From contig NC_057719.1 of assembly GCF_004010195.1 (NCBI RefSeq), forward strand, positions 90,200,909 through 90,244,517: DNA of 43,609 nt, in the 5' to 3' direction. A program made the position numbers and the translations under genes. The DNA is from Chiloscyllium plagiosum. Its lineage: Eukaryota. Shown here piece by piece: positions 11,860-21,799 of this stretch (position 1 is its first letter; each line of letters starts with the position of its first letter). The notes below the pieces were generated by a model, which made no database searches, was not told where the DNA came from, and worked only from the letters and a program-made list of their open reading frames with translations.

Positions 11860-12311
11860 GTGGTGAGTGTTCCCAAGTACCTCCTACCCTTGTCCTTCTA
11901 GATGGAAGTGGTCGTGGGTTTGGGAGGTGTTGGTGAATTTCTGCAGTGGATCTTTTAGACAGAACACACTGCTGCTGCTGAGCGCTGGTGGTGGAGGGAG
12001 TGGATGTTTGTGGATGCGGTGTTAATCAAGCGGGTGCTGCTTTGTCCTGGATGGTGTCAAGCTTCTTGAGTGTTGTTGGAGCTGCACCCATCCAGGTAAG
12101 TGGGGAGTATTCCATCACCCTCCTGACTTGTACCTTGTAGAAGAGGGATAGACTTTGGGGTGTCAGGTGATGAGTTACTCTCCCCAGTCTCTGACCTCCT
12201 CTTGTAGCCACTGTGTTCATGTGGTGAGTCCAGTTGAGCCTCTGGTCAATGGTAACCCCCAAGGATGTTGACAGTGGGGGATTGAGTGATGGTAATACCG
12301 TTGAATGTCAA
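11860..12311 (-). mobile_element. LINE fragment (CR1/L2-group, region C-terminal to RT)
   Basis: ORF 12026-12262 GVTIDQRLNWTHH...YKVQVRRVMEYSP...LDTIQDKAA is a typical non-LTR ORF2 segment. Confidence 0.85.
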
Positions 12312-12380
12312 TGCTTGGTGTTTCCCAAGGGAAGGGTGTGGCCTGGAATAGTGACATGGAGTGCTGTGTGTACTTTGCAG

Positions 12381-12507
12381 ATTATTAGCCAGGAGCCTAA
12401 TCAAGGGATAGAATATGAATATTATCTCTCACGATACCACAAGCAGCCTGAAGGTTACTTCTGGAGTGTTGGCTCATGGAGTCTGTGCAGCAAGGAATGT
12501 GGAGGAG
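12381..12507 (+). CDS. PAPLN: Papilin exon, end of spacer and start of TSP1 (IISQEPNQGIEYEYYLSRYHKQPEGYFWSVGSWSLCSKECGG)
   Basis: tttgcag acceptor, G|gtgagt donor, phase 0 to 1. Confidence 0.96.
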
Positions 12508-13595
12508 GTGAGTGCCTCTCAGCTTTTGGAATTCCACCTTTTTAGTTTCCGCATTCTATATTTAACGGAACACTTTATTCTGAGCATGAAGCAGCAGCCA
12601 CACGACGAAATTTTCTGCTCAGGGATATTATGACACTCCTCTGGAGAAGTTGGGGCTCAGAGCTAGGGGCACTGCCACTGCTCCACAAGGGTTCTTGAGG
12701 TTGCACTTGCGGACTGTAGACTGACTGGGAAAGATAGATGGCTCTCGGTCACAGACAGGACGGGCTGTTATAACCATGGTAACATTCCGGAGGCTGGGCT
12801 GGGTTGGGGGGACCTCTAACCCTCGGCTCAACCTGTTTCCCCCCGGCCCGACCTGGAGATCCTATCATGCCATTTTGTTGGCGCCATGACCAATATTTAT
12901 TACCTTGGCTTGTGCCTCAAGATTTGTTGTCACTGTTGTCTTTGTGGGAGCTGGCTGTACACGTTTCTGATCTTGCAGCAAGTGATGACCACCTCAGAGG
13001 AGGCCACCCCACTGCCTGTATGGGGCTTTGGGAGTCTCCGGCAATGGGTGGCAGGCGCTACCTAAAGGTAGCGCTGTCCGCGGACTCCCTGGATCCACCA
13101 GCTATCTGACCACCCACCCCCGATCTTGGGGAGCAGTCAGGTATTGTGATCAGCAAAGCTCAGAGGCCACCAGGAGACACTGAGGAATTCCCTGGCATCT
13201 ATTGCTTGTTTTCTGTGGGTGAGCTTTTAATTAGAGTGGGAGATTTATTGTGTTGACATGAGTGATCTCACACCACCCATTTTTCTTTCCCCTCCCCTTT
13301 CCTTGAAGTTGAGGTAATTTGCCTTTGGGGGCGTGAGAATAATGTTTATACAAATACAGTTTCTCTGTTTCTGCTGCCAACAGGACTAAGATAGTACAGG
13401 AGTGAATGCAAAATTGTGCAGATGGTTTGCGCATCTTTTTAAAAAAATGTTGGCCCACCTCATTTAGTGTGTTGAAGGCAGTGGGAGTGATTGAGATAAA
13501 GGGATATTTTGCAGGGTCTCCCTGCGGTACAGTGTGAGAGCTCCTGCCTATGACCACTGTTCCTGCGATCATGTGCCCTCCCTGTGTCCCAACAG

Positions 13596-13722
13596 GCTAC
13601 CAGACCCGGCTGGTGTTCTGCACCATTGACAACGAGGCCTACCCGGACTATCTGTGCAGGGACCAGGTCCGGCCCAGATCCAACAAAACCTGCAACGCCC
13701 AGAGCTGCCCACGGACCAAACA
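13596..13722 (+). CDS. PAPLN: Papilin exon, TSP1 C-half (GYQTRLVFCTIDNEAYPDYLCRDQVRPRSNKTCNAQSCPRTK)
   Basis: aacag acceptor, CA|gtgagt donor, phase 1 to 2; absent from the ORF track, read manually. Confidence 0.95.
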
Positions 13723-14173
13723 GTGAGTGAGCACCATTCTCCACTCAACCCTGTGCAACAACTGAACATACAGTTGCAAGGCATGAACCGGCAGCTATTA
13801 ACCCAGACAGGATTCCAGGGATAATATCCTGGCCTGGGATCCCAGGGATAATAACACAGCCAGGTCCTTGAAGCAACACTGTGATGTTTGCCTTCTTAAC
13901 TTTGCTTCTTGTTTTTTCTGACATGTGGTTGTACTGTGTATAGCTGGAATTTAACTTTTTTATTTCATTTCTCTATATCCTGTTACTAAGGATTGTACCT
14001 AGGCACCCACTACCTAAGATAGCGCTGAGTGTTGGTGACGTTGTTACCCTGTAACTAATGTTGCAGCTGAAGAAGCTGTACCCAGCTATCTCTGTCCCTA
14101 AGATAGCACTGTTAGTGGTGACTTGTATAACCTTTCACTGTACTCGTTTAAGTACTGCACCAATAAAGCTGGA

Positions 14174-14496
14174 GGCAGCACGGTGGCACAGTGGTTAGCA
14201 CTGCTGCCTCACAGCACCAGGGACCCAGGTTCAATTCCAGCCTCGGGCGACTCTCTGTGTGGAGTTTGTACATTCTCCCTGTGTCTGTGTGGGTTTCCTC
14301 CGGGTGCTCCGGTTTCCTCCCACAGTCCAAAGGTGTGCAGGGTCAGGTGGATTGGCCATGTTAAATTGTCCCATAGTGTTAGGTCAATTAGTCAGAGGGA
14401 AATGGGTCTGGGTGGGTTACTCTTCGGAGGGTCAGTGTGGACTGGTCGGCCCGAAGGACCTGTTTCCACACTGTAGAGAATCTAATCTAATCTAAT
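14174..14496 (+). mobile_element. HE1-like SINE, full length
   Basis: GGCAGCACGGTGGCACAGTGGTTAGC head, GGTTCAATTCC B-box, (TCTAA)n tail. Confidence 0.93.
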
Positions 14497-15694
14497 TCAG
14501 GGATAATAACCCAGCCTGGGTTTCTGGGGATGAAATCCCAGCTGATGACTGCAGGGGTCATAACCCATGACCCACTTTCCCCCCATAAGTGGCCTTGGTT
14601 AATGACTCCCCCCACCCCACCTCAGTGGCTTTGAGGGAAATGATGCACTTCCCCCTTACCAAGTGACTGTGAGGGTGATATTGCACACTCAGAATTGGAG
14701 TTGGATATTTCTGTCTGATAGTTTACTAGCAGTGGGTGACGTGGAGATGGGTGATGGTGCGATTGAGCTGGGTGTTGCTAGAAGGGCAGAGTGTGGGTGA
14801 GGAATAAGAGTAAGGGGGGTGAAGGGTGCCGTAAAGATAGATCGTTGGGGTTTTTGCTTCATTAACTGATGGGGCAGTCCCGAGGAGCTGAAATGGCTTG
14901 TTCCAGCCCCTTTGCCAAGTAGTAACTAATCAAGGGAACACCATTCTGTGAGCCATACTTTGGAACTGAGTTGCTTCTTACCAAAACATTTTAAAAGCAA
15001 ACATTTATTCCATGTGCAAAGGCTTTCATTCATACCCCAACCAAGTGTCTGGACCTCAAGCCAGTGCCTGACGCCGAGAGTTTACAGGTAACCATGACAG
15101 CTCTGTGGGATGTGATGCAATTTGAGCGTGCTCAGAATGCTTCATGGAGTCAATGTAAAGTGGTGTGGTGTGCTTTCTAGTAAAGTCGCAGCTTGCTTGG
15201 TGCAGGGCTCCTTGGGGGAAGAGTGTGATGGAGTGGTCAGTGCTGGAGCTTATGCTGTCTCTGGTGAGCTGCAGTCCTGCATTAGAGGTGATCAGAGCTC
15301 CTTGCACTGCAGGGTGGGGTATTGTTTCTGCCTCTTGCTTTCTACCTTGTGATTCCAAGTCAGCTCCAAGGTGAGTTACAATCTCTTTCTTTGTCTTGTC
15401 AGTCAGCCATTTCTATCCAGCCTGTACTTTGCTTGTGGTCTGTTGAAGCATATTTAAACCTTCCAACTAGCAAAGTAATTCATTCTGTGACTGAGCAAAT
15501 TTTGCTTTTATTTTAGTGAAAGAGAACTCCGCTTCTTTTTCTCTTTGTGATTCACCTGTCCAAATACTACCACACCCTCCTCTAGCATCCAATACCAACT
15601 GTCCTCATTGCTGGGAGTGTTCTTACTGTGAATTCACAATACCATTGAAACTCGAGCTCAGGCTGACTCAGCATCAGCACTTTCATGAGAGGTC

Positions 15695-16141
15695 TCTCTG
15701 TGTGTCTGCTTGCGTTAGTGTCTGTGTGCGTGCATGGGATGGGTGTGTCGGTGTGTGTGTGTGTGTAAGTATATGTATTTGTGCACAGGTGTCCCTACCA
15801 GTGTGTGTATAGGTGTGTGCGTGTGCGTGCAAGTGATTCTGTTAGTGTGTGTATGTGTGTGTGTACACGCACAGCTATCTCTTTTTGCGTGTCTGTGTAT
15901 GTCTGTGCAGCTGTCTCAGTGTCTGCAGATGTTGTTCTCACTCTGTGTGTGCGTGCATGTGCAAGTGTCTGTGTGTGTGTAGGTGTTTCTGTTTGTGTGT
16001 CCAGGTGTCTGCATTAGTGTGTGCACGTGCAGATATCTTTAACTGTGTGTGTTGATGTGCACTTGCAGTGTCTCTGTCAGTGTGTGTGCACATGCAGGTA
16101 TCTGTGGTGTGTGTGTGTGTGTCTGTGTGTGTGCAGGTGTC

Positions 16142-16180
<39 letters not shown>

Positions 16181-16190
16181 CATAGAGAGA
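15695..16190. repeat. Degenerate (TG)n tract ending in (GA)n
   Basis: Direct reading. Confidence 0.9.
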
Positions 16191-16317
16191 AAATTCCTGT
16201 ACAGATGACCTTAAACTCTGACTGACTGTCTCCCAATCACAAATGCCAACACCAATTTTCTTCTAAACATCACTGTTACATTTGCCAGTCTCTGCTGATT
16301 TGATGGGGAATTGTAAC

Positions 16318-17251
16318 TGAACAAACCGCACCCGGCCAGTATCCCGTCACCAAGTCACCCTTAATTTCGGTGTGTTTAGTACTTGACGCTGGTCCAGCTC
16401 CCTCAGAGCCAGCTCTCCAAGTGAATGGAGCTTCTGACACCCATGTTCTTATTTCTCAGCTGGGGCTCCCTGATTAGTACAGATTACCAGCCCCAGCTGG
16501 GGCTTCCTGATTGGACCAGATTACCAGCCCCAGCTGGGGCTCCCTGATTGGACCAGATTACCAGCCCCAGCTGGGGATCCCTGATTGGACCAGATTACCA
16601 GCCCCAGATGGGGCTCCCTGATTGGACCAGATTACCAGCCCCAGCTGGGGCTCCCTGAATGGACCAGATTACCCCAGCTGGGGCTCCCTGATTGGACCAG
16701 ATTACCAGCCCCAGCTGGGGCTCCCTGATTGGACCAGATTACCAGCCCCAGCTGGGGCTCTCTGATTGGACCAGATTACCAGCCCCAGCTGGGGCTCCCT
16801 GATTGGACCAGATTACCAGCTCCAGCTGGGGCTTCCTGATTGGACCAGATTACCAGCCACAGCTGGGGCTCCCTGATTGGACCAGATTACCAGCCTCAGC
16901 TGGGGCTCCCTGATTGGACCAAATTACCAGCCCCAGCTGGGGCTCCCTGATTGGACCAGATTACCAGCCCCAGCTGGGGCTCCCTGATTGGACCAGATTA
17001 CCAGCCCCAGCTGAGGATCCCTGATTGGACCAGATTACCAGCCCCAGCTGGGGATCCCTGATTGTACCAGATTACTAGCCCCAGCAGGGGGTCCATGATT
17101 GGACCAGATTACCAGCCCCAGCTGGGGCTCCCTGATTAGACCAGATTACCAGCCCCAGCAGGGGGTCCCTGAGTGGACCAGATTACCAGCCCCAATCAGG
17201 GACCTCCTACTCCATGAGGTTCACGTGGCTGACCTCATGACAGTCACTACA
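16318..17251 (-). mobile_element. Probable solo LTR with an internally amplified unit
   Basis: TG...CA termini (minus strand TGTAGTGACTG...GTTTGTTCA); near-identical 5-bp flanks GTAAC (16313-16317) and GCAAC (17252-17256); CCAAT boxes followed by degenerate TATA-like and polyA-like A-rich motifs on the minus strand. Confidence 0.7.
16457..17200. repeat. 37-bp minisatellite (GATTGGACCAGATTACCAGCCCCAGCTGGGGCTCCCT), about 20 copies
   Basis: Direct reading; most units hold the perfect 16-bp palindrome AGCCCCAGCTGGGGCT. Confidence 0.97.
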
Positions 17252-17574
17252 GCAACACTGGGTGTTCTGCGGAGCTGGGGGGTTTACTGTTGTTTGTGTC
17301 GGGGCTCTGTGATGACCCAGTCTAGCTTGGGAGCCCTGTAGAGCAATGCTTAGGTGACAATCCAGAGCATGGATTCAGTAACAATGCCAGCTGCCCATGC
17401 TGTATTTATGGAGCACAGGACTGGTCTGTGGGAACAATCTTGTGTAGCTCATCATCACTGTCATTGAATTTTAAACAGAAATATAACCTAATTTAATCTA
17501 GACGTTTATTGAACGTGCCACATGGCAAGAGTCTATTTGCTGATTCCACTGGACAAGTCTGGTCACTCTGACCC

Positions 17575-18530
17575 TCTCTCTACCCCACCCCCACCCCATG
17601 GAAACATCTACTCTCTCTACCCCACCCCCACCCCATGGAAACATCTACTCTCTCTACCCCCCCCCCCCCCCGCCCACCGGGGGCGGTTACATAACTTACA
17701 ACTTTAAGATCTGCCCGCTCCCNNNNNNNNNNNNNNNNNNNNNNNNNNNNNNNNNNNNNNNNNNNNNNNNNNNNNNNNNNNNNNNNNNNNNNNNNNNNNN
17801 NNNNNNNNNNNNNNNNNNNNNNNNNNNNNNNNNNNNNNNNNNNNNNNNNNNNNNNNNNNNNNNNNNNNNNNNNNNNNNNNNNNNNNNNNNNNNNNNNNNN
17901 NNNNNNNNNNNNNNNNNNNNNNNNNNNNNNNNNNNNNNNNNNNNNNNNNNNNNNNNNNNNNNNNNNNNNNNNNNNNNNNNNNNNNNNNNNNNNNNNNNNN
18001 NNNNNNNNNNNNNNNNNNNNNNNNNNNNNNNNNNNNNNNNNNNNNNNNNNNNNNNNNNNNNNNNNNNNNNNNNNNNNNNNNNNNNNNNNNNNNNNNNNNN
18101 NNNNNNNNNNNNNNNNNNNNNNNNNNNNNNNNNNNNNNNNNNNNNNNNNNNNNNNNNNNNNNNNNNNNNNNNNNNNNNNNNNNNNNNNNNNNNNNNNNNN
18201 NNNNNNNNNNNNNNNNNNNNNNNNNNNNNNNNNNNNNNNNNNNNNNNNNNNNNNNNNNNNNNNNNNNNNNNNNNNNNNNNNNNNNNNNNNNNNNNNNNNN
18301 NNNNNNNNNNNNNNNNNNNNNNNNNNNNNNNNNNNNNNNNNNNNNNNNNNNNNNNNNNNNNNNNNNNNNNNNNNNNNNNNNNNNNNNNNNNNNNNNNNNN
18401 NNNNNNNNNNNNNNNNNNNNNNNNNNNNNNNNTACCCCACCCCTACGCCATGGAAACATCTCTCTCTCTACCCCACGCCCACCCCATGGAAACAATGTTT
18501 CTAAGCATCCCCCTCCCATGGAAATATCTT
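17575..18530. repeat. C-rich minisatellite (TCTCTCTACCCCACCCCCACCCCATGGAAACA..., ~38 bp) on both sides of an assembly gap
   Basis: Same unit in the same orientation at 17575-17670 and 18433-18530. Confidence 0.85.
17723..18432. other. Assembly gap (710 N)
   Basis: Run of N. Confidence 1.
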
Positions 18531-18902
18531 CTCTATTTTCTCTATCTTCTCTATTGTGGGTTTTCCCACAACCCCTCACCAATCTGTATGTCTCTCCCCA
18601 CCCTGACTGTGGACACTTATGAGTGAGATCGCTCTCTTGTTACCGTTTGCCCTTTCTGAAAGAGGCAGTGCCACAGTATGTTCATGAACAGCCCAAGTAT
18701 GTGTGAGTGTTGTCATATTCTATTTGGTGTACGGTACCATCAGACTATAGGTGGTCCTCAGTGTCAGCCTGTAATCCTGTTGTTCTCCCAGTGAATGGGG
18801 GGTGGTGACTGTGTGGCAAGGGGTATTGACTGGAGGACATTGTGTGGGGCACGGCTCCCAGTTGGTGCCCTTTGTTGACGTTGCTTGTGGATTGATGAGC
18901 AG

Positions 18903-19110
18903 CTGGAAGACGACAGAGTGGAGTACGTGCTCGGTGACTTGTGGGAGAGGACAGCAGACCAGGTCTGTGTACTGCACCTTGTCGGAGCCAGGTCAAGTGG
19001 AAGTGGTTCGGGATGACTCAGAGTGTGCTGCAGTGACAGCGAAGCCCCTCACACACCAGGCCTGCAACCTACTACAGTGTGCCAGCTGGCGGACCACTGA
19101 CTGGACTGAG
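18903..19110 (+). CDS. PAPLN: Papilin exon, TSP1 (WKTTEWSTCSVTCGRGQQTRSVYC...CNLLQCASWRTTDWTE)
   Basis: gagcag acceptor (weak pyrimidine tract), GAG|gtaagg donor, phase 2 to 0, matching the previous exon. Confidence 0.93.
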
Positions 19111-19254
19111 GTAAGGCTCAGCAACTGGCATCGGCTCACTCACCCAGTTTCCCAACCGCCTGTGCTCATGTGTATGTAAATCTAATACCACTGTTCGCAC
19201 ACACACAGACATATACACACACATACGCTCAAACACGCGCTCAGACAGGCCCTT

Positions 19255-19430
19255 TCTGTCTTTCTCCTTGTCTCTCTCTCTCTCGCTGTCTCTGTCTCTT
19301 TCTCTGTCTCTGTCTGTCTTTGTCTGTCTCTGTCTCTCTCTCTCTCTCTGTGAGCTTCATCTCTACATCTCTCTCTCTCTCTGTCTCTCTCTGTCTGTCT
19401 GTCTCTCTCTCCCTGTCTCTGTCTCTGGTC
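19255..19430. repeat. (TC)n/(TCTG)n microsatellite
   Basis: Direct reading. Confidence 0.9.
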
Positions 19431-19519
19431 TTTACGTAAGAATAAAGGAGTAATGTTCTGAGCAGCCTGCCTCCACTTTGGTTGCTGGTGTTGATTAGTT
19501 ATTGTGTGGCATGTTGCAG

Positions 19520-19696
19520 TGTTCGGTATCGTGTGGTGAGGGTGTCCAGACGAGGTCAGTCTCCTGCGTGCTGGAGTCGGGAGGCCAGCTTCCAGATTTT
19601 GTCTGCTTAGCTCAGACCAAGCCGCCCGCAGTCCGTGTTTGTCTGCTCAATTCCTGCACAGACAACTTCTCCTGGTACATCGGGACGTGGAGTGCA
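19520..19696 (+). CDS. PAPLN: Papilin exon, TSP1, 177 bp (CSVSCGEGVQTRSVSC...CTDNFSWYIGTWSA)
   Basis: ttgcag acceptor, GCA|gtaagt donor, phase 0 to 0. Confidence 0.95.
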
Positions 19697-20294
19697 GTAA
19701 GTGCCAGCTGCCTATCCTCCTTCCTTCCTTTACACCCTCTTTCCTCCCCCAAACCTATTTGTCCACTATCCCTTTAAATCCATTCAGGAATTCATAAGGT
19801 GCATGAGATGAGTATTTGGATTGAAATGGTGTGGAGGGATATGGGGAAAAGGCAGGCTATTGGCACTAGGGGATAGAATCAAAGCAGACATGATGGACTG
19901 AATAGCCTCCAGTGATTCAGTGAGGATACACTTGACAAGATGAGTTCATATTCTCCCCACTCTCTGGGTTAAAAAAAAGTTAACTCAGCGGTTGTTTTCT
20001 TTTCTCAGTCACTCAGTGACTGTCTCCCCAGCAGGTGGCGATATCATCCGCTGTTCTGTTTGAGAATTCGGTTGGATCACCCTCAATTCTTTTTCTCTCT
20101 GGAGATATATAACATCAATGAATCCAGTTCGATCTTGGGCTGAATGCATGTTTCTGCTAGATTGTCTAAACCTTTAACCTGGGCAAACCTTACTTAGGTC
20201 GTGATCTACAGTCGACTTCGAAGCGAAACAAATTATTTATATTAATATGATATACTTATATTAATAACTTGGCTGAGGAAAGTGAACGCACTGT

Positions 20295-20680
20295 AGCCGG
20301 GTCTGTGGGTGACACAAAAATAGGTGGGAAAGAATGATGAGGATGGCACAAAGAGTCGGCAGAGGAACCGGTGAAGTGAGTTGGCAAAATCTTGTTAGAT
20401 AATGTGGGGGAGAGTTAGGTTGTGCGCTCTGGCAGGAAGAAAAGAGGAGCTGAATATTATTTAAATGGAGAAAGACTGCAGAAAGCTACAGAACAGAGGG
20501 ATTTGGGAGGCCTTGTGAATGGATCAAAAAACAACTAGCATCCAAGTCTGCCGTAGGTAGGGCAAATAGAATGTTGGGCTTGATTTCAAAGGGAATGGGG
20601 TATGAAAGTAGGGAAGCCTTGCAGGAACTATATAAGGCAGTAGTCAAATCACAGCTGGAACACTGTGAGCAGTTCTGTTC
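20295..20680 (+). mobile_element. Degenerate CR1 LINE fragment
   Basis: DTKIGG...LYKAVVKSQLEHCEQF motifs, similar to 8385-9810. Confidence 0.8.
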
Positions 20681-21200
20681 CCCCCCTTCTTTATTCATTC
20701 ATGGGCATCACTGGCTGGATCGGTATTTATTGCCTAGGGGATATTTTGCTGTGGGGCTAGAGTCACATGTAGGCCAGACCAGGTAAGGATGACAGTTTCC
20801 TTCCCGAAAAGGCATTAGTGAACCAGATAACTTTTTACAACAGCTCTGTAGGGTGTCTATGGGCGGGAGGTTCCTGACAGGAATGGCATTTATGGGAGAG
20901 ATGGTGATGGGTCCAATGGGGTTGGGGGTGAGGTCCCTGACTGGTGATGTCGTCCATGGGGGGAGGTGTGAACCCAAGTCAGGGTGTTTATCGAAATGCC
21001 TGTTTGAGTTTTGCTTTGTAGAGATGGGAAGAGCACTGAGAGTGTGTGCTGATGGGAGGAGGCCTGGGGTAAAGTGGAGCAAGCCATTGTGCAATTTTTG
21101 TACCTGCTTTTTCTTCTTTTTTTTGCGGTGAGGTTTGTTTCCTTTGTCTCAATGATCCCTTCGGTTGGGAGGAGCTGACTGCCTCTGGTTTATTTCGCAG

Positions 21201-21377
21201 TGTTCAGTCACGTGTGGAGAGGGCATACAGAACAGGCCGGTGTCCTGTATGTCCCACTCAGGTGGGAAAGTGCCGGACTTTGCATGCTCTGCTCAGCTGA
21301 AGCCCTCATCCACCCAGTCCTGTGTCCCCGATGACTGCAGCGAGTTCTTCTCCTGGCACGTGGGCGCCTGGGGTCTG
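21201..21377 (+). CDS. PAPLN: Papilin exon, TSP1, 177 bp (CSVTCGEGIQNRPVSC...CSEFFSWHVGAWGL)
   Basis: tttcgcag acceptor, CTG|gtgagt donor, phase 0 to 0. Confidence 0.95.
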
Positions 21378-21799
21378 GTGAGTTTGCAAACTAGTTTCCC
21401 CTTCCTTGCTGCCTCACTGCAATCAGGTCGTGTGTTGATCTCAAATAAAAATCATTCCTTGTCACGCATTTGGCACAGGGGTTTGTTTGCACGAAGCCCA
21501 CAATGATTTGCTTCGAGGAATAGTCGGACAGGTTGAGCATTCATTACTGACTGCATTTCAAAATTCCTGTGAAATATCGTCCGTATATGGCTACGAGAGG
21601 GGCAGAGATTCTGCAATGTTGGAGATTTGGGAGCGAGTGCTTCTCTCCAAATTCACCGAGGTTCCTTCAGACAGCACCTTGCAAGCCCACCGCCTCCACC
21701 ATCTGGAAGGACAAGGGCAGCAGATACATGGGAACACGACCACCTGCAAGTTCCCCTCCGAGCCACGCATCATCTTGGATGGGAAATATATCGCTGTTA

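Noticed and set aside
14174..14245. tRNA-like A/B boxes as tRNA genes
   Set aside because: They are SINE heads continuing into the SINE body and LINE-derived tail.
16457..17200. 37-bp palindromic repeats of CRISPR-like length
   Set aside because: No spacers; the array is a tandem expansion inside an LTR-like element.
17580..18626. Long ORFs of 286-342 aa (likewise 26266-27145)
   Set aside because: Artefacts of translating N runs.
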